A DNA stretch of 64,000 nt from a virus (IMGVR_UViG_3300024284_000001:2266-66265), one strand, 5' to 3'; shown: positions 27,739 to 36,629, counted from the stretch's first letter. Program-made: numbers and translations. The notes: generated from the sequence alone by a model not told the origin.

Positions 27739-28025
27739 GCTTCCTCCTCCATCCCGTAGCGGTCACGGGGCTCGGGGCGATAGTCGGTGATCCCGCAGCC
27801 GCAGCTCTTCCCGCCACACCACGGCAGCTCGTTTCGTGTACGGCCGATGGTGCGGGGATCGGCAGGCTGCCAGCGGTGCTCGGCTCGAGCCTTCTCCTGC
27901 GCCTCCCACATCTGGCTGCCGACGAACGGGCCACGTCCGGCATCGGGAATGCGAAAGGCCCACATCTTCTCGAGACGGCGGCGCTGAATGACCTCGGTTC
28001 GGTGGCGACGTTCGGCTCGGGTCAT
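27735..28025 (-). CDS. Hypothetical protein
   Basis: ATGA overlap. Confidence 0.5.
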   Translation of the reverse strand: MTRAERRHRTEVIQRRRLEKMWAFRIPDAGRGPFVGSQMWEAQEKARAEHRWQPADPRTIGRTRNELPWCGGKSCGCGITDYRPEPRDRYGMEEEA

Positions 28026-28453
28026 TTCGGCACCAACCTCTTCGTCTCCTCGGCGAGCTTCGAGAGAAGCTCTGGGAGTTTGTCGAAGGCCATAAGACGC
28101 TCACCGATCGACGCCTCGAGCCAGGGCCGAGAGCTGTCGCAGCCATCCACGATCTCGAGGCTCCACTTTTCGGCCGGCGCCTGATTGGGGCTTGGAGTCG
28201 CCCGCCTTTTCCACGCAAGATCGGGTACATAGCCACCACCCTTTCGCCCGGACCAGGTACGAGCCTCGACCGTCACCTTGGCTTCCCGGAGAAGGCATTC
28301 GACACCTCGAACCTGGTGAGCCGCCCGATCCGCCGCCTCCCAGAGAAGCGGCATCGCCGCCCGGATCTCGTCGATCGGAGCGTGGAGTTCAGGGGGAAGG
28401 GAGTCCTTAACCTCGTCGGTCATACGGTACCTCGGTTTCAATATCTCCGACAT
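28022..28453 (-). CDS. Hypothetical protein
   Basis: 143-aa ORF in the operon. Confidence 0.55.
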   Translation of the reverse strand: MSEILKPRYRMTDEVKDSLPPELHAPIDEIRAAMPLLWEAADRAAHQVRGVECLLREAKVTVEARTWSGRKGGGYVPDLAWKRRATPSPNQAPAEKWSLEIVDGCDSSRPWLEASIGERLMAFDKLPELLSKLAEETKRLVPK

Positions 28454-28648
28454 CGGAGGCTAGGAAACGGCCCCAGGACGCCCGAGGCGCCACGATCGGT
28501 TCGGAGCCTCCCGAATCGAAACGGACGGGTGAGGGGGAGTTTTCGCCCTGGCGCCCCCGCCAAATGCGTGCCCGGTGCCTTCTGGGGGCTTCGGGGGAGG
28601 CGGAAAGGAGTTCCTGGGTCGAGATCGGGTCGGGGAAGAGGGCGAACT

Positions 28649-28849
28649 TCATGGGGTGACCTCGGGAGAGGACACTGATTCCTCCTCGAGCCGGCGGAGG
28701 AGGACCGAGTGGTCGTGGAGATCCTCGGCCAGCCATTCGGCGGCATCGGCGGTGAGGTGGAGCTTGAGGCTCGCCCCACCGTGGGCCACCCGGATGTCGA
28801 GGATGACCTCGCGGGTCTTTCGGTCGAGTTCGACGAGATAGCCCTTCAT
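28649..28849 (-). CDS. Hypothetical protein
   Basis: ATGA overlap. Confidence 0.5.
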   Translation of the reverse strand: MKGYLVELDRKTREVILDIRVAHGGASLKLHLTADAAEWLAEDLHDHSVLLRRLEEESVSSPEVTP

Positions 28850-29118
28850 TCCGGCTCCCGAAGAAGGGTCCAGCCATCCCGAGAGCGGACGGCCTTCCGC
28901 ACGCGGTTACTCCAGCGCCGGAGCTGGGAGGCCGGGATCCGGCCGTAGACGACGAGGCGGAGGGGCCACTGGGCGGAACGGGGGTCGATGGCTACCCAGA
29001 CGGGGACTTTCCAGCGGTCGAGGTCACCCCAGAGGGCAGCTCCGAGCTTTGAGGCGTCGTCGCTCGTGGTTCCGTAGCGGAAGTCGAACCAGATGGCTTT
29101 CCAGGTGGGGGGCGTCAT
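28846..29118 (-). CDS. Hypothetical protein
   Basis: ATGA overlap. Confidence 0.5.
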   Translation of the reverse strand: MTPPTWKAIWFDFRYGTTSDDASKLGAALWGDLDRWKVPVWVAIDPRSAQWPLRLVVYGRIPASQLRRWSNRVRKAVRSRDGWTLLREPE

Positions 29119-29387
29119 GGGTTCCTCGCCAGCGTGATGAACCGAGCCGCAACGTGGTGCGTCGCGGCGCTACACCCACTGGTCTTGCAGAGGGCATCCG
29201 TCGATTCGCCGCAGTTGCAATCGAGGAGATCGGCGAGTTCCTTGGCCGTGGTGGCGCGGGACACCTGCCGCTCGGCCTCGAGTCCTCGTTGGAACTTCGC
29301 CGAGAACTCCTTTCGGCAGTCTTCGCAGCGGCAGCCGGCAACGTGGCCGACGTAGAGATCGGGCGGGAGAAGATCCGAGGTCTTCAT
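29115..29387 (-). CDS. Cys-rich hypothetical protein
   Basis: GGAGG SD; CRCEDC and CNC. Confidence 0.5.
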   Translation of the reverse strand: MKTSDLLPPDLYVGHVAGCRCEDCRKEFSAKFQRGLEAERQVSRATTAKELADLLDCNCGESTDALCKTSGCSAATHHVAARFITLARNP

Positions 29388-29447
29388 GCCACCCTCCGAA
29401 GGATTCCCCGGACGACTTTCGGCGCCCAGACGGTGTGGCCGGACTTT

Positions 29448-30380
29448 TCAGTAGGGCTCATTCGGTTCCTCCTCGGTCGTCTTGTCGGTTGGCTCCGGTT
29501 TTGGGATGGCCGCTTCGTGCTGGGCGTTTTTCTCGAGAAAGGCTCGATCGATGGTGCCGGTGGGCTTCGAACCGTTCGGTGAGACCGGGTTGTCGTACTG
29601 GCCCTCCTCGATCTTCGTGAGGGAATCTGGATGGAGGAGGAAGTCGATCGACGCCCTCCACCCTTTCGAGCCGTTGGCGAAGTGGGATCTGGCGAGACGT
29701 TGGACCGCCGATGTCCAGCGAAGAGGGTCCGAGCATCCAGAGATCCTCGCCAAGGCAAACCTCGCTCGCTTCGAGGTGAGAGAAGCCTTCGGTAGAGATC
29801 CGGAATGGAGGTTCCATATCTCAATCAAATCAGCGGGCGAGAAGGTATTCTCTCTCTCTCCTTCTGCTTCTGCTTCTGCTTGTGTTACTTTACGGTCACG
29901 CGTTACGTTTCCGTCATCAGTCACGCGTAATGTCTCACCCGTGACGCGTAACGCTTCTGCCTGACGGTCCCTGTAGCGCTTCTGCCTTTCGGCTGCCGTA
30001 TGGTCACGTTCCCGGTACTTGGCGAAGTTCAGGACGATGTACCCGCCATCCACCCTGACGAGCCGTCTTCCGTCGAACTCCGGAGATCGACTGGTGTTCT
30101 CGGGAGAGGCCAGGCGTTTGAGGGCCTCGATCCCTGCCTGGACGTCGTCGATTCCGGCCATCCGGATGATTCCCACGCCAGCAGCCTCGACGAAGCCGTA
30201 GTTGCCAGGGGGGACGACGAATCCAGTTAGGGCTAGGCTATCCACCTCGATCTCGGACATCGGTTCCGTGATCGTCCGTGGAACAGCCATCAGGAGGGCG
30301 GTGAGGAAGAGTTCTCGAGCCTCGCGGTCAAACCAGATCGTAGACCGGAGGATCCCGCAATCGAGCTTTACGAAAGCCAC
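29448..30380 (-). CDS. Phage replication initiator (replisome organiser, lambda O-like layout)
   Basis: N-terminal HTH-type region (LLMA...NFAKYR), central iteron-bearing linker, C-terminal DnaD-like segment (EIWN...F..G.KGWRASIDFLL...KI.EGQYDN). Confidence 0.85.
   Translation of the reverse strand: MAFVKLDCGILRSTIWFDREARELFLTALLMAVPRTITEPMSEIEVDSLALTGFVVPPGNYGFVEAAGVGIIRMAGIDDVQAGIEALKRLASPENTSRSPEFDGRRLVRVDGGYIVLNFAKYRERDHTAAERQKRYRDRQAEALRVTGETLRVTDDGNVTRDRKVTQAEAEAEGERENTFSPADLIEIWNLHSGSLPKASLTSKRARFALARISGCSDPLRWTSAVQRLARSHFANGSKGWRASIDFLLHPDSLTKIEEGQYDNPVSPNGSKPTGTIDRAFLEKNAQHEAAIPKPEPTDKTTEEEPNEPY
29895..29953. repeat. Replication origin iterons
   Basis: gtcacgcgttac (29895), gtcacgcgtaat (29920) and gtgacgcgtaac (29941) inside the initiator linker. 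Confidence 0.75.
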
Positions 30381-30386
30381 TCCGTA

Positions 30387-30415
30387 ACGGTAGTGACGCG
30401 TAACGGCGTTGTCAA
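30387..30415 (-). promoter_or_regulatory. Initiator promoter with an iteron in its spacer
   Basis: TTGACA-17-TACCGT on the minus strand; gtgacgcgtaacg at 30393-30405. Confidence 0.7.
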
Positions 30416-30478
30416 GTGGGGAGGGGACTCTTTTCTGAAAAAACGAGGTGGGGTAGACTTTCGGTTAAGGGGGACAGG

Positions 30479-30910
30479 ATGAGATGTGAACGTTGTGATC
30501 GTTCCGGTGCTTACCGAAAATTCGGTCTGTGTTCGCGCTGTCGTGTTGGGGTAAGGCCGCCATCACCGTACGGAACGAAGGCCAAGCACCCAGAGATTGC
30601 CTTCGCGAAGTTCACGATACCGGAGCCGAATTCGGGGTGCCTGCTGTGGATCGGAGCCGTCAAGAAGGGTGGGAAGGGGATGCTTCCGTACGGACGTCTG
30701 AAGACTAACGGGAGGCACGTCAAGGCCCATCGCTACGCGTGGGAGAGGGCTCGAGGGCTGATTCCGGATGGGCTGCTTGTGCTACATACGTGCGATAACC
30801 CATGTTGCGTGAATGCTTTACATCTGTATCTTGGTACGCACAAGGATAATGCCCTGGACTGTTCGAGGCGTGGCAGGAGACGCCCACGCAAGGCGCTGGT
30901 AAAGGGCTAG
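30479..30910 (+). CDS. HNH endonuclease (HNH_3 type)
   Basis: GCLLWIG...YG...AHRYAW...VLHTCDNPCCVNALHLYLGTHKDN. Confidence 0.9.
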   Translation: MRCERCDRSGAYRKFGLCSRCRVGVRPPSPYGTKAKHPEIAFAKFTIPEPNSGCLLWIGAVKKGGKGMLPYGRLKTNGRHVKAHRYAWERARGLIPDGLLVLHTCDNPCCVNALHLYLGTHKDNALDCSRRGRRRPRKALVKG

Positions 30911-31189
30911 GTGATGATGGCTGACACCCCTAGCTCAAAAGTCGCATGGGGGGTCCGGGTGGGCTCACCGCATGGCCGAGAGGTCTAGCGGTCCCCTAGT
31001 CTCCGCCCCCTCCCCCTCCCTGGTACCGGGCGCAAGTCTAGTGATTCGACCACTAAACGTTAGACTAGCCTGTGGAATAATATCGTGATAACGGCGCTCA
31101 TCGAGCCTAACCTCTTGATGGTGCGACAGTTAGACAATCACGCCGTATTTAACAGTTTATCCGTTATCGGACGTAGAACGTGCCGAGGT

Positions 31190-31843
31190 CTAGCGCTGTT
31201 CGTCATCGGTAGACGACGGCGGCTCAATCTCCGCCTGCGCCTCAACCCTCCCCCTCTTCACCGGCTGAGGTACCGCGATCACGACCTGCAACGGCCCGCC
31301 TCCCGCTCCTGTTAGCTCCGTCTTATCCCCGTACACGGCTCGTCTACGGCCCTTAAGGATCAGCTCGGCGAGCCTATCGCTGTAGACAGTCTCCTCACCC
31401 ACCTTGCTCCCACCCTGGTAGATGGGACGCTGGTGGCCTTCTACGGCCCTCTGGTATGCCGCCGCTTCCAGGCGATCGATGCCGCATTCCATGGCCTTGT
31501 GGATCTCCGTTTCGATTGCCGGGACGCGTTGACGCCAGTAATGGACCGTGTCCGAGGAGATACCGGCGAGCTTTGCCGCCTTGTCGATCACCGGAACCGT
31601 GCGGAGTGCCTCGAGAAGCGGGCCGATCCAGACGTGCGGCCTTCCGAGCTTCCCTCCTCGCGCCCGCGTATTCGCTAGGCGATCCAGTTGGGCGCTGAGT
31701 GCCTCGTCAAGTCTTTTCCGCCTAGTGAGCCACGGACTCTCCCTCTTCCCCGTAGCCTTCCGATTTTCATCAAGCGGAGCGAGTTCCGCGTGGATAACCT
31801 CTTCCGATTCAACGTCTTCGGTAGTCTGCGCGTTGGCGCTCAT
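31190..31843 (-). CDS. terS: Terminase small subunit
   Basis: HTH (AAKLAGISSDTVHYW), EAAAYQRAVEG...YSDRL..LILK.RR...YGDKTELTGAGGGPL pattern; AGGAG SD. Confidence 0.85.
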   Translation of the reverse strand: MSANAQTTEDVESEEVIHAELAPLDENRKATGKRESPWLTRRKRLDEALSAQLDRLANTRARGGKLGRPHVWIGPLLEALRTVPVIDKAAKLAGISSDTVHYWRQRVPAIETEIHKAMECGIDRLEAAAYQRAVEGHQRPIYQGGSKVGEETVYSDRLAELILKGRRRAVYGDKTELTGAGGGPLQVVIAVPQPVKRGRVEAQAEIEPPSSTDDEQR

Positions 31844-31920
31844 ACTCCTAACATACTCCCGCCGTCAAATCTCCCTCGTCAAGGGGTCCGAAGATTTCCC
31901 TCTTTTCTTCCCTCCCACCC

Positions 31921-31949
31921 TTGAAAACGCATTTCCTCCGCCCTATCTT
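31921..31949 (+). promoter_or_regulatory. Early promoter, operator family member
   Basis: TTGAAA-ACGCATTTCCTCCGCCC-TATCTT, followed by the GCCC-GAGA-GGGC hairpin. Confidence 0.75.
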
Positions 31950-31990
31950 TCCGACATCACACAGCCCGAGAGGGCGGAAAGGAGCAGCGG

Positions 31991-32341
31991 ATGACAGACA
32001 ACGCATCCCGAATCCGCCGCGAATACGTCGAAGGCTACGAATCCCACCCCGGCCGTTTCGAAGGCGAGGGACCGGAAACCGTCTATTTCTACGATCTCAC
32101 AATGGACGGAAGCGGCGACGAGCTTTCATGCATGGAGGACGGTTGCGGCGAGTACGCTTGCATGCTCGAAGTTGACGACGACGAGCGCGAAGCCTTCGAG
32201 TTTCCGTCCAACGTGACTCACTTCCTCGTCACTCAATCCGAGTACGGATTCATCAGCGGAACCCCGCTCACCACGCGCGAAGCCGACAAGGTCCGTAAAC
32301 AGTACGAAGCGCTCGACGCTCTTCACGTCAACGAAGCCTAA
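31991..32341 (+). CDS. Acidic early protein
   Basis: AGGAG SD; D/E-rich. Confidence 0.6.
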   Translation: MTDNASRIRREYVEGYESHPGRFEGEGPETVYFYDLTMDGSGDELSCMEDGCGEYACMLEVDDDEREAFEFPSNVTHFLVTQSEYGFISGTPLTTREADKVRKQYEALDALHVNEA

Positions 32342-32362
32342 ACGGCACGAAAGGAAACGGCG

Positions 32363-32560
32363 ATGAGTCAATTCGAGGTGATCGTAGGAAACATCGGCAC
32401 CGTCTACAGTGGCGACAACGAGGCGACGGCGCGCGAGGCGTGGCGAAGCTATCGCGCCGACTCCATCTCTCACTACGGCCGCGCGAGCGGCGAACCGGTT
32501 ACGCTCTTCGTCGACGGAAACATACTCGACGAGTACCTGGGCGAGACGTTCGGGGAATAG
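32363..32560 (+). CDS. Small early protein
   Basis: AGGA SD; FEVIVGNIGTVYSG pattern. Confidence 0.6.
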   Translation: MSQFEVIVGNIGTVYSGDNEATAREAWRSYRADSISHYGRASGEPVTLFVDGNILDEYLGETFGE

Positions 32561-32618
32561 GTCTCCCCTGGTAAGCGACGCACCTAACCCGTGCGTCGAA
32601 ACGAAGGGAGAAACGAAC

Positions 32619-33059
32619 ATGCGAAACCGACACTCGATCATCGATCAGATACGGCGGGATGATCCGGAGTATCAGCCGCTCCCGGAAGCCTACCGGAAAG
32701 ACGCGATGTTCCGCTTCGCCGAAAACTACATTCACGCGGACGGATGGCACGGCCCGTTCTCTCCTCGTGACCTGTTTCGCGAAGCCGGCCCGCGTGAGCG
32801 CGGATTGACGCTCTCCGAAGCCAAGACGATCCTCCGGTGGACTGACCCGCGTGACGCCGCGCTCTCGATTCTGAAGGATGCCGCCGATTCCATCGACGAC
32901 TATCGCCACGAGGATTACATGACGTGCGATGAGGCGGACTGTGCGGCATGCGAGAGCGGAGAGGGTCATCTCTGCGAGGATTGGCGCATCGACTCCCGCG
33001 ACATCGTCAAGGACCGCTTCGCCTACGTCTTCGAAATCTACGGCGCTGGCATCATCTAA
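32619..33059 (+). CDS. Hypothetical early protein
   Basis: GGGAG SD, ATG 32619. Confidence 0.55.
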   Translation: MRNRHSIIDQIRRDDPEYQPLPEAYRKDAMFRFAENYIHADGWHGPFSPRDLFREAGPRERGLTLSEAKTILRWTDPRDAALSILKDAADSIDDYRHEDYMTCDEADCAACESGEGHLCEDWRIDSRDIVKDRFAYVFEIYGAGII

Positions 33060-33142
33060 CCGCTAGTCTTTCGCCCATGCGGCCCGCAAGGGCCGTGAAC
33101 GGCGATTCTCGAAGAATCGTATCAACGAAAGGAGAGCGGCAC

Positions 33143-33379
33143 ATGCGAGAGTCAATCGAAAAACAAGGCGAGTACGGCACGCTCCGCCTGTATGCCGTGG
33201 CCTATCGCGACGAGTGCGACGCCGACAACGCGGGAGAGGTTTCCCTCTGGGCGTACAGCTCGGAACACGCCACGGAGCGATTCTACGACTCGGCGGACGC
33301 CGAGGGCTGGCGCGTGCTCAAGGTCGCGCGTCGTCGCGCGGACGGTCTACGGCATCGCATGAACTGGCACGCAGCCTAA
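33143..33379 (+). CDS. Hypothetical early protein
   Basis: AGGAG SD. Confidence 0.55.
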   Translation: MRESIEKQGEYGTLRLYAVAYRDECDADNAGEVSLWAYSSEHATERFYDSADAEGWRVLKVARRRADGLRHRMNWHAA

Positions 33380-33385
33380 TACTTC

Positions 33386-33414
33386 TTGACACCGAACCGT
33401 CACGAACCTAGATT
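33386..33414 (+). promoter_or_regulatory. Sigma70-type promoter
   Basis: TTGACA-17-TAGATT. Confidence 0.7.
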
Positions 33415-33455
33415 ACCAATACACACAAGGCCGATAGGCCAGAAAGGCTCACCCG

Positions 33456-33815
33456 ATGAGCGCAACACTCCAGCTCGAAAGCGTTGCGGCGCTAAACAAG
33501 ATCCCGCGCCATTCCGTCGAAGAGGCGGCATCGAGCACGGGACAGGTAAGCGGCGAACCGCTCCTTTACGCGATGGATGGCATGCTCCGCTATGCCAGGG
33601 CGTACCGCAAGGCGTACGACTCGAAGCTGTCCGATGATGGATTCCTCGGCCCGCATTGGCTCGACGCGGTCAAGGGACTGCGCGGCCTGCTCAACGGTCA
33701 AGGCGCCGTCGCGATGGAACGCAATATTTCGACCGACTCGAAGAGCAATGGGGCGATCGAAGAGATTTTTTGGCTCGCGATGAACGCGGCCGGATTCGAG
33801 GAGGACGACCTGTGA
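33456..33815 (+). CDS. Hypothetical early protein
   Basis: Follows promoter 33386. Confidence 0.55.
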   Translation: MSATLQLESVAALNKIPRHSVEEAASSTGQVSGEPLLYAMDGMLRYARAYRKAYDSKLSDDGFLGPHWLDAVKGLRGLLNGQGAVAMERNISTDSKSNGAIEEIFWLAMNAAGFEEDDL

Positions 33816-34030
33816 GCGACAACGAACGCCTCTATCGCGTCTTCACGCGTACCTGGTGGCGCCTCAATCCGAAATGGTCGGGCGGACTAGAGCCCTGCCC
33901 CGGTCGAAAGAGCTACCGTGGCCACCCCGACCGGCTCACGTACAGCGAGGCGCAACGCTACTGCGCGGAATGGCTCAAGACGCACCCGCCCGGCAAGCTC
34001 TCCCGCAAGGCCGAATTCGAGGAAAGGTGA
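33812..34030 (+). CDS. Small early protein
   Basis: GTGA overlap; YRVFTRTWW...N.....GLEPC.G pattern. Confidence 0.55.
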   Translation: MSDNERLYRVFTRTWWRLNPKWSGGLEPCPGRKSYRGHPDRLTYSEAQRYCAEWLKTHPPGKLSRKAEFEER

Positions 34031-34034
34031 CGCC

Positions 34035-34232
34035 ATGAGCACGCCGAAACAAATCCAGACACGCCGAACCCCGCTTTCGCGCCTAGAGCGCGAGGCCCAC
34101 GAACAGCTCAAGCGTGATCTCGCTAACCTAGACCTAGTCTACGGCAGAAAAGCCGCCGATCGTGCGCTTGCGAAGTGGAACGAGGAGGTGAAGCTGATCA
34201 ATCGCGAGATCCGACGAAGCGAAAGGAGGTGA
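34035..34232 (+). CDS. Hypothetical protein
   Basis: AAGGT SD. Confidence 0.5.
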   Translation: MSTPKQIQTRRTPLSRLEREAHEQLKRDLANLDLVYGRKAADRALAKWNEEVKLINREIRRSERR

Positions 34233-34315
34233 CCCCTAGCGCCTAGCCTGAAGAGGACGCCGAGCACGTCTCGGCATCCGATTGAGGAAAGGCGATCACG
34301 CCAGAAAGGACAGCC

Positions 34316-34582
34316 ATGAGATTCTCAAATCCGAGTTGCCCGAAGTGCCGCAAGCCAGCCACGGGCGTAGTCGAGCGCGTTACGCGCCTGACCGGCATCG
34401 CCAAGCAAGACGACGGCTCTTTCGAATGGGATACCGAAGCGTTCGATGAGGTCTGCTGGGAGGACGACTATCCCGTTCCGTTCGTTCGCGGGAAGAAGAC
34501 CTTCGACCAGACGCTTTTCTGCCGTCGTGACTCGCACAGCTATTACGAATGGGGCTCCAACATTCTTCCCGACACCCCTTGA
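34316..34582 (+). CDS. Zn-finger hypothetical protein
   Basis: CPKC...C...H. Confidence 0.5.
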   Translation: MRFSNPSCPKCRKPATGVVERVTRLTGIAKQDDGSFEWDTEAFDEVCWEDDYPVPFVRGKKTFDQTLFCRRDSHSYYEWGSNILPDTP

Positions 34583-34607
34583 AAATGCGTTCCCACGGCC
34601 CTACATT
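34579..34607 (+). promoter_or_regulatory. Early promoter, operator family member
   Basis: TTGAAA-ATGCGTTCCCACGGCCC-TACATT, followed by the GCCC-GGAA-GGGC hairpin. Confidence 0.75.
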
Positions 34608-34648
34608 CTCCACACGCAACGGCCCGGAAGGGCGGAAAGGCTAAGGCG

Positions 34649-35047
34649 ATGATCGCCAGAAACGTCAAACTCGAAACACTCGAAGGCGCGGCGCGAAAGG
34701 TCGGCGTCAAGCTCGACGTCGAGCCCAAAGGGCGCGGCTTCCGGGTCAAGGTCTACCCTTCGGACTCCAGCGCCGAGCGAGAGCACTACAGGGCGAAGCG
34801 GTACGCGTGCCGTACCCAGGCCGGCGAGCCGCGAATGAAGCGGGTCTACGCCGTATGCTGGCACGGATTCCGGGACTTCTTCCGCGCCGTCTACGCGAAG
34901 GAGCCGAAGGCCATCTTCCGTACCGCGATGGCGACCTACAACGGACGGGACGACTTTCGCCGGAACTTCGAGGCGACGGGTGACCGCAACATCGGATCAA
35001 TGATGATCCCGCTGTCGGCGCGCGACGGCTGCGCATGCGAGGAGTAG
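34649..35047 (+). CDS. Hypothetical early protein
   Basis: CWHG.RDF...FRT...TYNG pattern; follows promoter. Confidence 0.6.
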   Translation: MIARNVKLETLEGAARKVGVKLDVEPKGRGFRVKVYPSDSSAEREHYRAKRYACRTQAGEPRMKRVYAVCWHGFRDFFRAVYAKEPKAIFRTAMATYNGRDDFRRNFEATGDRNIGSMMIPLSARDGCACEE

Positions 35048-35052
35048 TCATC

Positions 35053-35262
35053 GTGCGTAAGAAAACCCCACCGACCGACGTCACGGTAGCCAACGAGGGC
35101 TCCCTCCTCCTCTTCACCCCCAAGACCGACTCCGGCCGTACGTGGCTGGAACAGAACGTGGAGAGCGAGGCCACGTGGTATGCCGGTTCCCTCGTCGTGG
35201 AGCCGCGCTACGCTCGCGAGCTTGCCGCCGGCATGATCGCGGATGGGCTGAGGGTGAGGTAG
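35053..35262 (+). CDS. Small early protein
   Basis: NEGSLLLF.P...WL..NV...VVEPRYA.EL..GM..DGL pattern seen in phage early regions. Confidence 0.6.
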   Translation: MRKKTPPTDVTVANEGSLLLFTPKTDSGRTWLEQNVESEATWYAGSLVVEPRYARELAAGMIADGLRVR

Positions 35263-35349
35263 CCCGATGCGCCAGGATGACATCGGACCCGCTCGCGCGT
35301 GGCTTCGGCTGGCGGCTGCGCGGAACGAGCGGCTCGCTAAGGTAGCCCC

Positions 35350-35841
35350 ATGACCCCCATCGACCGAGTCCAAAAGCTCATCGCCCTGACGTCCTCACCC
35401 CACGAGGAAGAGGCGCGTACGGCAGCGATCCAAGCATGTCGGCTGATCCGGGAGTATGGGCTCATCATCGCCGAGAAGGTTGGTGAACGGCCGGGGTACG
35501 TCATCGGTAAAGGACGCGTTAGCCGTATGCGGGATACGTACGGAAACGACTTCTCCGACATGCTCCGGGACCTGGTCCAGGAACAGGTCGGAAGGCACGC
35601 GCCACCCACCCCCAAGCTCTACCCCGTCTGGACCTATTCCGATTTCCCGGCCGTCTGTTTTCCGGACATCGCGGGTGAGCAGCTCGGCTGTTCGAACTTC
35701 ATTCAGCCGAAGACTTGGCGCCTCGTCTATCACGAGGGCTCGCCCAGCGGACCCGGTACGATGAACCTCTGTCAACGCTGCGGCGAGAAGGTCAAGCCGC
35801 TTGGAACGAAAGAAAGGGACGAACATGCGAAAGCTGTATAG
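35350..35841 (+). CDS. DUF2786-like N-terminal domain protein
   Basis: IDRVQKLIALTSSPHEEEARTAAIQACRLIREYGL. Confidence 0.7.
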   Translation: MTPIDRVQKLIALTSSPHEEEARTAAIQACRLIREYGLIIAEKVGERPGYVIGKGRVSRMRDTYGNDFSDMLRDLVQEQVGRHAPPTPKLYPVWTYSDFPAVCFPDIAGEQLGCSNFIQPKTWRLVYHEGSPSGPGTMNLCQRCGEKVKPLGTKERDEHAKAV

Positions 35842-36268
35842 GGATCGGCTGCTCAAACTCGCCGCGCACCTGGAGAATGGACGTCCCGGCGGACATCGTT
35901 ATTTCGACTTCTCGATCATTCACCAGAACCACGGTAGCCCGAGGCACTGTGGCACCTCTGGCTGTGCCATCGGTGAGATGCCGGTCGTCTGGCCGAGACT
36001 GTTCGTGTTCAGCGGACCGGGCGAATACGACGAGGTACGCTCAAAGAAAAACCCCATCATTGATGGCTTTGGCCGGGAAAGCTATCGCACCGCCGTCAAC
36101 TTCTTCGGCCTGACTTACGAAGAGGCCGAGCATCTCTTCTCGCCGAACAGGCAAGACGTGCGTCAATACGGCGGACGACTCCTCACGGGGGGCGCCAAGC
36201 CCGAGTCCGTGGCCCGTAACATCCGGGCCTTCGTCGCGAAGAAAGAAAGGGAGGCCGCGAATGCCTAG
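35825..36268 (+). CDS. Hypothetical protein
   Basis: RLLKLAAHLE...FDF...CGTSGCAIG...FFGL pattern. Confidence 0.6.
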   Translation: MRKLYRDRLLKLAAHLENGRPGGHRYFDFSIIHQNHGSPRHCGTSGCAIGEMPVVWPRLFVFSGPGEYDEVRSKKNPIIDGFGRESYRTAVNFFGLTYEEAEHLFSPNRQDVRQYGGRLLTGGAKPESVARNIRAFVAKKEREAANA

Positions 36269-36629
36269 GGGCATGGCCCATACCCGCCACCTAACAAGTC
36301 CTCGCCTCCTCCCCATCTGGCAGCTCCTACTCACCCGCTATTCGGAGAAGCGACCGGGACCGACGAGCGCCGAGATCAGCTCGCTTACCGGAACGATGGC
36401 ACCGGGTACCGACCTGAGTGAACTTCGCCGGATCGTGGCTCCGTTGGGATGGACGATCCTTCCGGCGCGATTCGTCAAGCGGGTGGGCCGAAACAAGGTC
36501 TACGTGTACGATCTCCAGAGAACCAATTCCCACCTCACCGTCGAGGCTAACGCCCCGGCGCCCGCCAATACAGCCGGCCTAGGGGAAACCCAGGCCGGCC
36601 CCGCCCCTACCTCGGAGGACAGGCCATGA
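36261..36629 (+). CDS. Possible winged-HTH protein
   Basis: GGAGG SD; PTSAEISSLTG...LSELRR. Confidence 0.45.
   Translation: MPRGMAHTRHLTSPRLLPIWQLLLTRYSEKRPGPTSAEISSLTGTMAPGTDLSELRRIVAPLGWTILPARFVKRVGRNKVYVYDLQRTNSHLTVEANAPAPANTAGLGETQAGPAPTSEDRP

Noticed and set aside
32562-34305. Hammerhead ribozymes at 32569 (CTGGTAAG...GAAAC), 34248 (CTGAAGAG...) and 14541 (CTGATGA)
   Set aside because: Each lacks part of the core: a non-consensus CUGANGA, GATT instead of GAAA, or no third stem with a UH site.
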